Part shown: positions 31,036 through 40,531 of the stretch, one piece after another
How positions within the stretch are numbered: the first letter of the stretch is position 1
Layout: every line of letters begins with the position of its first letter
DNA from: an uncultured Opitutales bacterium
Lineage (GTDB): Bacteria; Myxococcota_A; UBA9160; SMWR01
NCBI GenBank assembly: GCA_964194865.1
Contig: CAXMOC010000141.1
Location: 8,370 to 72,369, forward strand
Direction of reading: 5' to 3'
Length of the DNA: 64,000 nt
Notes under the pieces: generated by a model
The model's database searches: none
Seen by the model: only the letters and a program-made list of their open reading frames with translations
What the model was told of the DNA's origin: nothing
Translations under genes and position numbers: made by a program

Positions 31036-32106
31036 TCAATCCTTTCCGTGCGCAATGGTTTCGCGGATCACCTGGCGGAGTCGATCGGGGTCTACCGGCT
31101 TCTTGAACAGCACCCCCTTCAACCCCTTGAGCCGGCTTCGCTTGATGATGTGATCCTTGTCGTAGTGGAAGGCGGTCATCATCAAGACGGGCAGCTCCGG
31201 AAAGCGCTCCCGTACGACGCTATAGAGCTCGTAGCCGTCCATCTCCGGCATCACCACGTCGGTCAGGACCAGATCAAACTTCGATGTCTCGATTCTCCTG
31301 AGGGCCTGAATGCCGTTGGAAGCGGTGTCGACCACACAGCCATCCGTGGAGAGAATCTCCTCGACCGAGCGGCAGATTCCCATGTCGTCGTCCACGACGA
31401 GCACGCGGACATCCTTGAGTCCGGGGTCTTCGCTGGGTTTCGGGCGAGGTCCGCGGAGGTCGATCATTCGCGCAGGGCCGATGTACTTCATCGTCTCGTA
31501 GCTTTCGGTCTCCACCATTTCACCGAGTCGACTCAGAATTTCCGAGACGCGGGTGATCTCCCGCCGCATCCCGTGGAGCCGCTCGCACTCCACGGAGCTG
31601 TCTCGGTCTCCGGCCAGCTCGGCGATCTCGCGCTCGAGTAGCTCGACCTGGTTCAAGATCACGCCGAGGGGATTGTTGATCTCGTGCGAGAGGCCCACAG
31701 CCACCTCGCCGAGCGTTGCCAGCTGGTCCTTCCGAAGGATCTCGCGCAGGTCCTTGGCAAAACCAATCGTGCCGTCGGGCTCGCCGGACTCGTCGTAGGT
31801 GATCGTTGCCGACATCGCCACGGGGATGCGCGAACCTGCCTTGGAGAAGAATGTCGTCTGGAACGTCTCGACGATGCCGACGCCGCCGAAATCGGGGCCG
31901 CGCATCGCCGCCATCACACGCTTCGCTTCGGACACGTCGGGATAGACGGTGACGACGAAGCGGTCCAGGATCTCGTCCTGGCCGTACCCCAGGCTGCGGC
32001 TCGCCCCGTCGTTGTAGAAGATGATGTTGCCCTTGCGGTTCGTGGCAATGACAATCTCGGTCGATCGGGCGATCAGCCCCTCGAGCTTCTCCTTCGAAAG
32101 CGACAT
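31036..32106 (-). CDS. PAS-HisKA-receiver protein lacking the HATPase domain
   Basis: N-terminal PAS, H-box SHEINNPL, short linker, REC (LVVDDD...LTDVVMP...MTA...KKP). Confidence 0.85.
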   Translation of the reverse strand: MSLSKEKLEGLIARSTEIVIATNRKGNIIFYNDGASRSLGYGQDEILDRFVVTVYPDVSEAKRVMAAMRGPDFGGVGIVETFQTTFFSKAGSRIPVAMSATITYDESGEPDGTIGFAKDLREILRKDQLATLGEVAVGLSHEINNPLGVILNQVELLEREIAELAGDRDSSVECERLHGMRREITRVSEILSRLGEMVETESYETMKYIGPARMIDLRGPRPKPSEDPGLKDVRVLVVDDDMGICRSVEEILSTDGCVVDTASNGIQALRRIETSKFDLVLTDVVMPEMDGYELYSVVRERFPELPVLMMTAFHYDKDHIIKRSRLKGLKGVLFKKPVDPDRLRQVIRETIAHGKD

Positions 32107-32196
32107 GCGGAAAAAGCCTAAGTCGGCCGTCCCCGGCGGGCAAGAGCGCCGGAAATCCGGGGCCGGGCTGGAGCGCGCAGGTTCCCTTTCGGCCGA

Positions 32197-33330
32197 TCAC
32201 CCGCCCAGCAAGGCCAGCAGAACGCCGGCGGCCACCGCCGAGCCGATCACGCCCGCGACATTCGGCGCCATCGCGTGCATGATCAGGAAGTTGCTGGGAT
32301 CCTCCCGTTGAGCCGTGATCATCGCGACTCGCGCCGCCATGGGCACGGCCGAAACCCCTGCCGCGCCGAGAATCGGGTTGATGGGCCGTCGGGACAACCG
32401 GTTCATCAGCTTCGCGAACAGCACACCCGAAGCGGTGGCCACGGAAAAGGCGATCAACCCGAGCGCGAAGATCTGAAGCGACTCCTGGGTCAGGAAGCGC
32501 TCCGCCGTCGCCCCGGCGCCTACACAGATTCCGAGCAGGATCGTCACGGAGTCGATGAATGCGGTCTTGGCCGTGTTGGCCAAGCGGTCGGTCACCCCGG
32601 ATTCCTTCAACAGGTTTCCGAAAAAGAGCATCCCCAGCAATGTGGTCGCCTTGGGCGCGAACATCGTACACAACACGAACGCCACCACCGGGAAGGCGAT
32701 CCGCTCGACCTTCGACACTTCGCGAGGCGCCGGCATCTTGATGAGCCGCTCCTTCTTCGTCGTCAGCGCTCGGACGATGGGCGGCTGGATGATCGGAACC
32801 AGAGCCATGTAACCGTAGGCAGCAACTGCCACCGCCGGTAGGAGATGGGGGGCCAGACGTGCGGTGATGAAGATCGTGGTGGGACCGTCGGCGCCGCCGA
32901 TGATTCCAATGGCACCTGCCTCGTTGGGCGCGAAACCCATCGCGAGCGCGCCCCAATAGGTGGCGAAGATTCCCACCTGGGCGGCCGCGCCCAACAGGAT
33001 CAGCCGCGGCTGCGAAAGCATTGCGGAAAAATCCGTCATCGCCCCGACGCCGAGAAAGATCAACGCGGGAAAGATCTCGTGCTTCACACCGAAATACAGG
33101 TAGTGGATCGCACCCTCGGTGGCTGGAGACGCCTCTGACAGCGGTACGTTGCCCATCAGCATTCCAAAACCGATCGGCACCAACAGCAGGGGCTCGAACT
33201 TCCGCACGATGCCGAGGATGATGAGGGTCAGGCCGACCCCCATCATCGCCAGATTCAGGAACGCTCCAGGGTTCTCGATGAGGTGACCGACTCCGGTCGT
33301 CGCGAAGAACTCGGCGAGTCCGCTGGGCAT
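32197..33330 (-). CDS. Na+-translocating decarboxylase beta subunit (OadB/MmdB/GcdB family)
   Basis: FEPLLLVPIGFG, IGIIGGADGPT, GVSAVPMAARV, NVAGVIGSAVAAG. Confidence 0.95.
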   Translation of the reverse strand: MPSGLAEFFATTGVGHLIENPGAFLNLAMMGVGLTLIILGIVRKFEPLLLVPIGFGMLMGNVPLSEASPATEGAIHYLYFGVKHEIFPALIFLGVGAMTDFSAMLSQPRLILLGAAAQVGIFATYWGALAMGFAPNEAGAIGIIGGADGPTTIFITARLAPHLLPAVAVAAYGYMALVPIIQPPIVRALTTKKERLIKMPAPREVSKVERIAFPVVAFVLCTMFAPKATTLLGMLFFGNLLKESGVTDRLANTAKTAFIDSVTILLGICVGAGATAERFLTQESLQIFALGLIAFSVATASGVLFAKLMNRLSRRPINPILGAAGVSAVPMAARVAMITAQREDPSNFLIMHAMAPNVAGVIGSAVAAGVLLALLGG

Positions 33331-33343
33331 GCGAACGCCGCCC

Positions 33344-33790
33344 TCAGCCGATCGACATCAGAAGCTGGCCCGCAGCCGCTTCTGAGCCCTCGCTCACGGC
33401 AATCTCCACGACTTTGCCGGAGATCGGAGCCACGATGTCGTTCTCCATCTTCATCGCCTCGAGCTTCAGCACCACCTGATTGGCCGAGACGGTATCGCCG
33501 ACCTTGACATCGATGGCGACGACCTTGCCCGGAATCGGTGCGACGACGGAACCCTGGCCGGCTGCGGGCGCTGCAGCGGGGGCGGGAGTGGAGCTGGGAG
33601 GAGCCATCGGCGCGGGGATCGCGAGCGCTGCGGAGGGGGCTGAGGCCTGGGGCGCCGGGCTCGTTTCGCCTCCCACGTACTCCACAGAGAAGTCTTGATC
33701 TTCGACTGTCACCGTTGCGCCACCGGTTGCGCTGTCGATCACAGTGACGCTGTACTCCTGGCCTTGACTCTTGACTCGGTAGGTCGCCAT
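33344..33790 (-). CDS. Biotin carboxyl carrier protein (MmdC-like)
   Basis: Ala/Pro linker, APIPGKV, biotin site LEAMKMEN. Confidence 0.93.
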   Translation of the reverse strand: MATYRVKSQGQEYSVTVIDSATGGATVTVEDQDFSVEYVGGETSPAPQASAPSAALAIPAPMAPPSSTPAPAAAPAAGQGSVVAPIPGKVVAIDVKVGDTVSANQVVLKLEAMKMENDIVAPISGKVVEIAVSEGSEAAAGQLLMSIG

Positions 33791-33805
33791 TGTCCGTCCC
33801 AATCC

Positions 33806-34141
33806 CTAGCGGCCGCGAAACGGCGCGGTTTGCCGCAACCGCCCGGCGCTCGACCAGGCCGATGCCGGCGTCGGCGAGCTGACGCTCGCCTGACGCTGTC
33901 GATGAAACGAGTAGGCGGCCAGCGCCACGCGGAGAAGATCTGGCGGCTCGCTCGGCTGCGGAGAAACACCGGAATCGATCTGCTCGGCTTCAGCTTCGCT
34001 CGGGATCGGCTGTACACCCTGACGCCAAGCCGCGATGCGGGTCATCAACATCACGACGATGACCAGCGAAACCAGCGCGGAGAAGACGGTTCCGATGCCG
34101 ATGAGAGTCATCGGAAGTCCGCCCGTCAGTGATACATCCAC
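33806..34141 (-). CDS. OadG/MmdD family small membrane subunit of Na+ decarboxylase
   Basis: Single TM GIGTVFSALVSLVIVV, VALAAY, C-terminal SAWSSAGR; upstream of BCCP and beta subunit. Confidence 0.8.
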   Translation of the reverse strand: MDVSLTGGLPMTLIGIGTVFSALVSLVIVVMLMTRIAAWRQGVQPIPSEAEAEQIDSGVSPQPSEPPDLLRVALAAYSFHRQRQASVSSPTPASAWSSAGRLRQTAPFRGR

Positions 34142-34347
34142 TCGAGCGACTCCATGGCGTTCTCAGTGCACACGGCGTACCCGACGCGACCCGCCGCGGT
34201 CGGAAAGCCTCGAAGGGCGTTGACGCCTTCCGATGAAACGGGGGATGGGTGTACCCCAAACGCCGCCCCCCGCGCAAGCGACCCGTCGACGGCCGGCTCG
34301 GCGCCTGCTTCGATCGCGGTCGGGTTCTCCGGGGGGGCGGGGGGGGC

Positions 34348-35559
34348 TCAATCGAACCCCTGCTCCGACAGCCAGCGTTCCGCGTCGATCGCGGCCATGC
34401 AGCCGGTTCCCGCCGCGCTGACTGCCTGTCGATAGACCGGATCCATGGCGTCGCCGCACGCAAACACACCTTCGAGCTGGGTGCGGCTGGTGCCGGGAGC
34501 AACGGAGATGTAGCCCACCGGATCGAGCTCGAGCTGGCCCCGTACCAGCTCGGTGTTGGGTTGATGCCCAATCGCGATGAATGCCGCTTCGACGGGAATC
34601 TCACGCAGCTCGGCAGTCACCACATCTCGGATGCGCACTCCCGTGACGAAGTCTTGACCCAGGATTTCGTCGACGACCGAGTTCCAGGCGAATTCGATTT
34701 TCTCGTGTCCCAGCGCCCGCTGCTGCATGATCTTCGAAGCGCGCAATGCATCGCGCCGATGGATGATCGACACCTTCGTCGCGAAGCGCGTGAGGAAGAG
34801 CGCCTCCTCGAGGGCCGTGTCGCCCCCTCCCACGACGGCCATGGGCTTGCCGCGAAACAGCGCTCCGTCGCAGGTCGCGCAGGCCGAGACGCCCTTGTTC
34901 ATCAGGCGCTGTTCGGATTCGATCTCCAACCACTTCGCCGACGCGCCCATGGCCAGAATCACACTGTCGGCTGTAAAGCTCCGCTCGGCGGTCCGGACTC
35001 GAAACGGGCGGGCCGAGAAGTCGACCTCGGTGGCGTCTTCCATCAAGATCCTGGTTCCGAAGCGCTCCGCTTGCTTCTGAAACAGCTCCATCATCTCCGG
35101 GCCAGTCACACCTTCGGGAAAGCCGGGATAATTCTCGACGTCGGTGGTCAGCATCAGCTGGCCGCCGAACTGAAGGCCCGCCAGCACCAGCGGCTCGAGC
35201 TCTGCCCGAGCGGCGTAGATCGCGGCGGTGTAACCCGCCGGACCGCTCCCTACCACGATCACCCGACGATGTTCCGACTCCTCTCCCTGCTTGGCTTCTC
35301 GCTGTCCCTCGCGCCCGAGCAACGGATCGAGTTCGCCGGCCTCTTCCAACGCGGCCAACTCGTCGAAGCCACCGACGTGTGAGTCACCGATGAAGATCTG
35401 GGGCACGGTCATTCGACCGCTGCGCGCGATCATCTCGTCGCGGCGGCCGGCCTCCGTCTCGATGTTGATTTCCTGCCACTCGACTCCTTTGGACTGGAGG
35501 AGCTGCTTCGCCATGGTGCAGAACGGGCAGACGCTCTTCGAATACATGACGATTGCCAT
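34348..35559 (-). CDS. trxB: Glutaredoxin (GrxC-like)-thioredoxin reductase fusion
   Basis: N-terminal CPFC, TVPQIFI, HVGGFDEL; then GSGPAG, GGQL, CATCDG, GGGDTA, HRRD, GD; no stop between the domains. Confidence 0.92.
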   Translation of the reverse strand: MAIVMYSKSVCPFCTMAKQLLQSKGVEWQEINIETEAGRRDEMIARSGRMTVPQIFIGDSHVGGFDELAALEEAGELDPLLGREGQREAKQGEESEHRRVIVVGSGPAGYTAAIYAARAELEPLVLAGLQFGGQLMLTTDVENYPGFPEGVTGPEMMELFQKQAERFGTRILMEDATEVDFSARPFRVRTAERSFTADSVILAMGASAKWLEIESEQRLMNKGVSACATCDGALFRGKPMAVVGGGDTALEEALFLTRFATKVSIIHRRDALRASKIMQQRALGHEKIEFAWNSVVDEILGQDFVTGVRIRDVVTAELREIPVEAAFIAIGHQPNTELVRGQLELDPVGYISVAPGTSRTQLEGVFACGDAMDPVYRQAVSAAGTGCMAAIDAERWLSEQGFD

Positions 35560-35635
35560 CGAGCGGTACCTCCTGGAGGCGGCAACTGTACCGATTGGAG
35601 GTTCCGCTGGCACCGTTGAGAGGGGCCGGGATCCG

Positions 35636-37294
35636 CTAGAGCGGTTCAGTGATCGGAATGTCCTCCCACATCAGCTGCAGGAAGGTCCCGATGAAGAAGG
35701 AGAGAAACGTCATCATGAATACGGCGGTGGGAAACAGATAGAAGGGCTCGACCCCGATGATCTTGGGAAGCTCACCGATGAAGGTTGGGAGCGTTCCGCG
35801 CAGCGCCTCGATGCCGACGGCACTGGCCTCGTCGCTCCAGTTTCGCGCTGCCATGAAACCGCCGACGAGGCCAGTCATGATCAATCCGATCCCGAAGGCC
35901 TGAAGCAGCCCCAACAGGAAGATCTGGCGCGCTCTCGCGAATGCCGCGCCGCCCTCTCCGAGGCGCCTCTGCACCTCCACGAAGAGGTAGAGCAAGGTGA
36001 GAAAGCCCATCAGCAGCGCGATGCTCGAGAGCATCATCCACGAGCGCTGGGCGAGGTCCCATACCTCGTCGACGAAGAAGATCGGCAGGTAGCCGACGAT
36101 GATGCCGGCCGCGATCCGCGGAACGAGGGCGTGGAAGAAGGTAAGGTCGCGCTGTAGACAGAATCGGTACAGCATGAACCACAGCACCACCGCGTAGCCG
36201 ATGATCAGCTCGAGGCTACCGATCGCGTCGAAGAGTCGGGGCTGCGATTGGTAGCCGAAGATCGCTGCGATGAAGGGTGACGCCAGCAGCCCGAGCGCAA
36301 GCAGGTAGTTGCGCGTCTTGTGACGGGAGAGCACTGTGTCGCCATCGTCCTGTCCTCGAGCCATGTGATCTGCGTGATTGATCACCATCGCGGCGTGAAA
36401 CACGTCGTATTGCCGAAGGAACCAGGACTCGAGCTTTTTCAGCACCCGAAGGCAGTCTCGATTCTTCATCCGGCGCAGGAAGGGAGTGAGCTCTCGTCCA
36501 CGGCTGATTGGGGAAATCGGGCCGAGCCCAATCGCTCGGAGCACCTCGGACTCGCGATCCTCGAAGGGAGTCTCCTCGACTTCGAACGCCCGGTTGTCTT
36601 CGTCGAGGCAGACATCCTCGAGCCAACGGTGAAACGCGCGCTCGGACAGGCGCAAGAGGCAGCGATCCACAGCGCCCTGCTCGCCGCTCTCGAGGGTGTA
36701 GAAGAAGCCGGCCTCGGATAGATCGTCGGCGGGATCAACGGCGTCCACCCGGCCGGCCATGTAATCCTCGAGATAGGCGGGCGTGACGCGGCGTCCCACC
36801 AGAGCGAACAAGCTCCTCCAGGTGAGCTTGCGTAGCAGGAGCTTCGCCAGTCGGGTGCCGGATCGTTCCTCCCGTTCCTGGGAACCGGCGAAACGGACGA
36901 AGATCTGACTGATCAGCGCCACCTCTTCGTAAATCCGCGTCAGGGCGGTGTCGGCAACCTTCTGCTCGGATTCCAGCCGATCGATCACCCGTTCCAGGTA
37001 ACGCGGCAGGCTCACGATCAGACGCGACACGAGCAGGTCGACATCTCTTCGATTCGCCTTCGATGCCAGCAGGTCGGGCTTGCGGGCCAGATCGTCGAAT
37101 TGCAGGTAGAGCTCGGCAGGATCGTGACGCCCTGGATCGAAGGAGAACGTCTCGGGAAAGATCCGTGCGAAGCCATCACCCGAGTCGCGCTCGAAGCGAA
37201 CCTCGCGGGCGTGAAACGCGTAGGTGAATCGGAAGGTGAGCTGCAGTCGTTCGATCCGCAGCTCGAGGCGTTCGAGGCCCGTGGCAGCGCTCAC
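35636..37294 (-). CDS. Hypothetical protein: ~330-aa soluble N-terminal region plus ~6 C-terminal TM helices
   Basis: Long ORF filling the gap between genes, 7 nt from the upstream stop; hydrophobic stretches in the C-terminal third. Confidence 0.75.
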   Translation of the reverse strand: MSAATGLERLELRIERLQLTFRFTYAFHAREVRFERDSGDGFARIFPETFSFDPGRHDPAELYLQFDDLARKPDLLASKANRRDVDLLVSRLIVSLPRYLERVIDRLESEQKVADTALTRIYEEVALISQIFVRFAGSQEREERSGTRLAKLLLRKLTWRSLFALVGRRVTPAYLEDYMAGRVDAVDPADDLSEAGFFYTLESGEQGAVDRCLLRLSERAFHRWLEDVCLDEDNRAFEVEETPFEDRESEVLRAIGLGPISPISRGRELTPFLRRMKNRDCLRVLKKLESWFLRQYDVFHAAMVINHADHMARGQDDGDTVLSRHKTRNYLLALGLLASPFIAAIFGYQSQPRLFDAIGSLELIIGYAVVLWFMLYRFCLQRDLTFFHALVPRIAAGIIVGYLPIFFVDEVWDLAQRSWMMLSSIALLMGFLTLLYLFVEVQRRLGEGGAAFARARQIFLLGLLQAFGIGLIMTGLVGGFMAARNWSDEASAVGIEALRGTLPTFIGELPKIIGVEPFYLFPTAVFMMTFLSFFIGTFLQLMWEDIPITEPL

Positions 37295-37301
37295 GAAGGC
37301 C

Positions 37302-38456
37302 TCAAAGAACCCGCTGCTTCAAGTTCTCGCCAGACTCGTAGTAGTGCTCGACGCGCTTGAGCAGCTCTCGTACCCGACCGGGTATCTCGTCGCCCAGGGG
37401 CCAACGCGCCAATGCCACGCGCATGCGATCTTGCAACAGCTGGGCGTCGGGAAAATCTTCCCCCGCCACCGCATCGTCGACGTCGAGCCAATTCTGGGTC
37501 GCCGTCAAGGTCCTCGACAGACGGTCGGCGAGCTCGCTCATGCCCGGCGAATCGACAGGCGAGGTCGCCATCTGCTCACCGAGACCTCGCAACTGTTCGA
37601 GAGCCGCTTCCAGCGACTCGCGGAGGTCACCCTCGGTTTCGACGATTCCCCAGACGATTTCGTCGAAGCTACGGCGCAGCGGCTCATGGGAAATTTCTCT
37701 CAGCTGAAGCATGCGACCGATGGTCTCGCCGGATTCGGCCACCAGACCCCGGGTGGTGACTCGCAACCGGTAGACCTGATCCCCGTTGCGGGTCTCGACC
37801 TCGTCGTAGAGGAGGTCGCCGTCGGCATCGCTGGAAATGTTCAGAGCGGCGGCCGCTACCGCATCCAAACCGTGTGCGGCCAGCACCTCGGAGAGGGGAC
37901 GGCCCCGGATCACACGGGGAAGGGCGAGGTAGTCGCGAACTGGACGGCTCGCGGCCTGGATGATGCCGTCGGCATCCACCGCCAGCGTTCCGGTATCCAG
38001 CTGGTCCATCACCGACTCGAGGTAGAAGTTGGCGTGCTTCAAATCCCTGAGCAGGCGCTCGTTCTCGACGGTTAGCTCGTAGTGCTCCACGGCTCGCTTC
38101 ATCACCTGCTTGAGCTGAGAGGGCTCCCAGGGCTTCGTGATGTACGCGTAGACGTGACCATCGTTGATCGCCGGGATGATCGCGTCCATGTCCGTGAATC
38201 CCGTGAGGATGATCCGCACGGTCGTCGGGTGACGCTGACACACTTCTGTGAGAAACTCGACGCCGCTCATCTGGGGCATGCGCTGGTCGGTCAGAACGAC
38301 TGCGACCGGTTGCTGCTCGTCCAGGAGGTCGAGCGCACGCCGCGCATCGCTGGAGGTAAGAACCTCGTACTCTTCCTCGAAGGTAAAGGTCATCGTCTCG
38401 AGGATTGCTTCCTCGTCGTCGACAACCAGGATTCGAGGCAACGGATTCTTCGTCAT
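37302..38456 (-). CDS. Response regulator REC-PAS with unrecognised helical C-terminal domain
   Basis: ILVVDDEE...LTDQRMP...LTG...TKPW; coiled linker; PAS (TLAVDADG); ATG at 38456 just after the DUF1232 stop. Confidence 0.8.
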   Translation of the reverse strand: MTKNPLPRILVVDDEEAILETMTFTFEEEYEVLTSSDARRALDLLDEQQPVAVVLTDQRMPQMSGVEFLTEVCQRHPTTVRIILTGFTDMDAIIPAINDGHVYAYITKPWEPSQLKQVMKRAVEHYELTVENERLLRDLKHANFYLESVMDQLDTGTLAVDADGIIQAASRPVRDYLALPRVIRGRPLSEVLAAHGLDAVAAAALNISSDADGDLLYDEVETRNGDQVYRLRVTTRGLVAESGETIGRMLQLREISHEPLRRSFDEIVWGIVETEGDLRESLEAALEQLRGLGEQMATSPVDSPGMSELADRLSRTLTATQNWLDVDDAVAGEDFPDAQLLQDRMRVALARWPLGDEIPGRVRELLKRVEHYYESGENLKQRVL

Positions 38457-38484
38457 CGCGTCGTCGAGGGCGGTCGCGTCACTC

Positions 38485-39054
38485 CTACCAGCCGCCGCGA
38501 CCGGCCGCCTGCTTCTTTTCGGCCTCCTTGGCCTCACGTTTGGCGATTTCACCCCGGATCTTCTTGCGATCGTTCTCGAGCCTGCGGTTCAACCGCTCCC
38601 GGCCCGGGTCCGCCCAGGGGCGCTGCTCGGAGATGTCACGCGACTTCTTGAACTTGCGGTAGCCCCAGAGTTCGTGGCGAAACTCTTCCTCGATGAACTT
38701 CACCATGATGGCATCGTCGAGAAAACCAAGACCCGGAACGTGGTCGGGGATCAGATCTTCTGGATTCGAGAAATATGCGACGCCGGCGAGCACCTCGTTC
38801 CGAACCCTCTGGGGTGCCGCGTATTCGTCGTCGACGATCAAATCCGTGAGGTCTTCCAATACGGCGATCGCCTCGAGGACGAATTGGGGAGTCTTCTTGG
38901 ACTCCCGGACCTGCGCAACGATCCCGCGCGCGTCGTTGACGATCGTCTCTGGGTCCTGAAGCTTCGCCCCCTGCTTCGCCTTTCGATACAGGTTGCGAAA
39001 ATAGTTGGCGTCATCCTCATCCAGGGTGAAGCTGACCTTGAACTTCGCCGACAT
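38485..39054 (-). CDS. YkvA/DUF1232 family protein
   Basis: YFSNPEDLIPDHVPGLGFLDD motif. Confidence 0.85.
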   Translation of the reverse strand: MSAKFKVSFTLDEDDANYFRNLYRKAKQGAKLQDPETIVNDARGIVAQVRESKKTPQFVLEAIAVLEDLTDLIVDDEYAAPQRVRNEVLAGVAYFSNPEDLIPDHVPGLGFLDDAIMVKFIEEEFRHELWGYRKFKKSRDISEQRPWADPGRERLNRRLENDRKKIRGEIAKREAKEAEKKQAAGRGGW

Positions 39055-39120
39055 CGGATCGAACCTCCGAACACCTCGGGGCGTACGGCTGGAGCCGGAT
39101 ACGCCGGGGGTTCGACTGTA

Positions 39121-40473
39121 TCAATACCGCGCGTACTCGATCAAGCGAGTGAAGGATCGATCCCACTCGCCCTCCCAGCGTTCGAGGACAACCCGGCCAG
39201 GGCTCCTGCCGGTAGCAAGCTGCTCGAAGATCGGTTCGAGAAACGGGCTCTCGTCGGGCGAGCCGGGTCCGGAATGACCGATGCGTCGGAGGCCACCCCG
39301 GGCGATCTCGGCGAGCTCGCGGGCAAGCTCGAGGATCGGCTGGCCCGCATAGTCAGCCATCAGGCCCTCCCGAGCCACCGCCGCGCTTGCCGACTCACGC
39401 TGCTCGGCGGTGGTCGATCCGACGAGATTCCAGGCGCTCGCCCGTGCGGCGGCATCGTAGAGGATCCCCTTCCAGACCGCCGGCAGCGAGCAGGTGAGGC
39501 CGGGGGGCACCGCATCGGCACCGCGAACTTCAATGAAGTGCTTGATGCGAACGTCCGGGAAGAGAGTCGTGAGGTGGCGATCGAAATCCGCGAGAGTCGG
39601 GCGTACCTCAGCGTGGCCTCGCTCGAGGAACTGCCGAAACGTCAGACCGTCGGCGGCCTCGTAGCGATCATCGCGCACGACGAAGAACATGGGAATGTCG
39701 AGCGCCCACTCGACGTAGCGCCGGTAGCCGAAGTCCGAGTCGAAGGCGATGGGCAACATCCCGCAACGGTCCGGATCCGTATCGGACCAGGCGTGAAGCC
39801 GCCGGGACAGAAAGCCATTGGCCTTTCCCTCCGACAGGCTGGAGTTGGCAAAGATGGCCGAGACGATCGGAGAAATTGTCAGAGCGATGCGCACCTTCTC
39901 GACCATGTCCGTCTCGGACTCGTAGTCGAGGTTCGCCTGAACGGTGGCCGTCGCGAACATCATGATCAGCGCCTGGGAGCCCCGGGTCGGCAGGTAGCGC
40001 CGCATGATCCGGTAGCGCTGCTTGGGCATGCTCGGTAGCTGCGCGACCGAGTGGATGGGGTGGATCCCGAGTCCCAGCCACACGATGCCGAAGGGCGCCG
40101 ACGCCCGCCGGACGAGATCAAGATGGTCGTGAAACTCCTGGTGGGTCTCGTGAATCGTCCGCAGCGGGGCTCCCGAGAGTTCCAATTGCCCGCCCGGCTC
40201 GAGGGTGATGCTGGCGCCGTCCTTGTGCAGCGCGATGATGTTTCCGTCCTCCAGAACAGGCTCCCAGTCGCCGAGCTCGGCCATGCTCTCGAGCAGGGCC
40301 GCGATACCGCGTTCACCCTCGTAACCCACCGGGCTTCGATCAACTGTGTGAAGTCCGATCTTTTCGTGCTCGGTCCCGACCTTCCAAAGAGCGGGAGGCT
40401 TCTCGCCCGAACGCAGATACGCGACGAGATCGTCGATTGACTCGACGGGAGCCAGCGGCTCCTCGGAAGCCAT
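39121..40473 (-). CDS. gshA: Glutamate-cysteine ligase (GCS2, plant/alphaproteobacterial type)
   Basis: VGTEHEK, TLEPGGQLELSG, MPKQRY, TVQANLD, HLTTLFPDVRIKHFIEVRGAD. Confidence 0.92.
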   Translation of the reverse strand: MASEEPLAPVESIDDLVAYLRSGEKPPALWKVGTEHEKIGLHTVDRSPVGYEGERGIAALLESMAELGDWEPVLEDGNIIALHKDGASITLEPGGQLELSGAPLRTIHETHQEFHDHLDLVRRASAPFGIVWLGLGIHPIHSVAQLPSMPKQRYRIMRRYLPTRGSQALIMMFATATVQANLDYESETDMVEKVRIALTISPIVSAIFANSSLSEGKANGFLSRRLHAWSDTDPDRCGMLPIAFDSDFGYRRYVEWALDIPMFFVVRDDRYEAADGLTFRQFLERGHAEVRPTLADFDRHLTTLFPDVRIKHFIEVRGADAVPPGLTCSLPAVWKGILYDAAARASAWNLVGSTTAEQRESASAAVAREGLMADYAGQPILELARELAEIARGGLRRIGHSGPGSPDESPFLEPIFEQLATGRSPGRVVLERWEGEWDRSFTRLIEYARY

Positions 40474-40531
40474 CAGGTTGCCTCGCCCCCTAGCAACGCG
40501 GGCGGCTCGAATTCGGACGGGACGGATCGAA

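Noticed and set aside
34128..34350. Selenocysteine readthrough of the Grx-TrxB TGA (frame stays open to 34128; selA is present)
   Set aside because: TrxB is already complete, the extension is low-complexity with no redox context, and no SECIS was recognised
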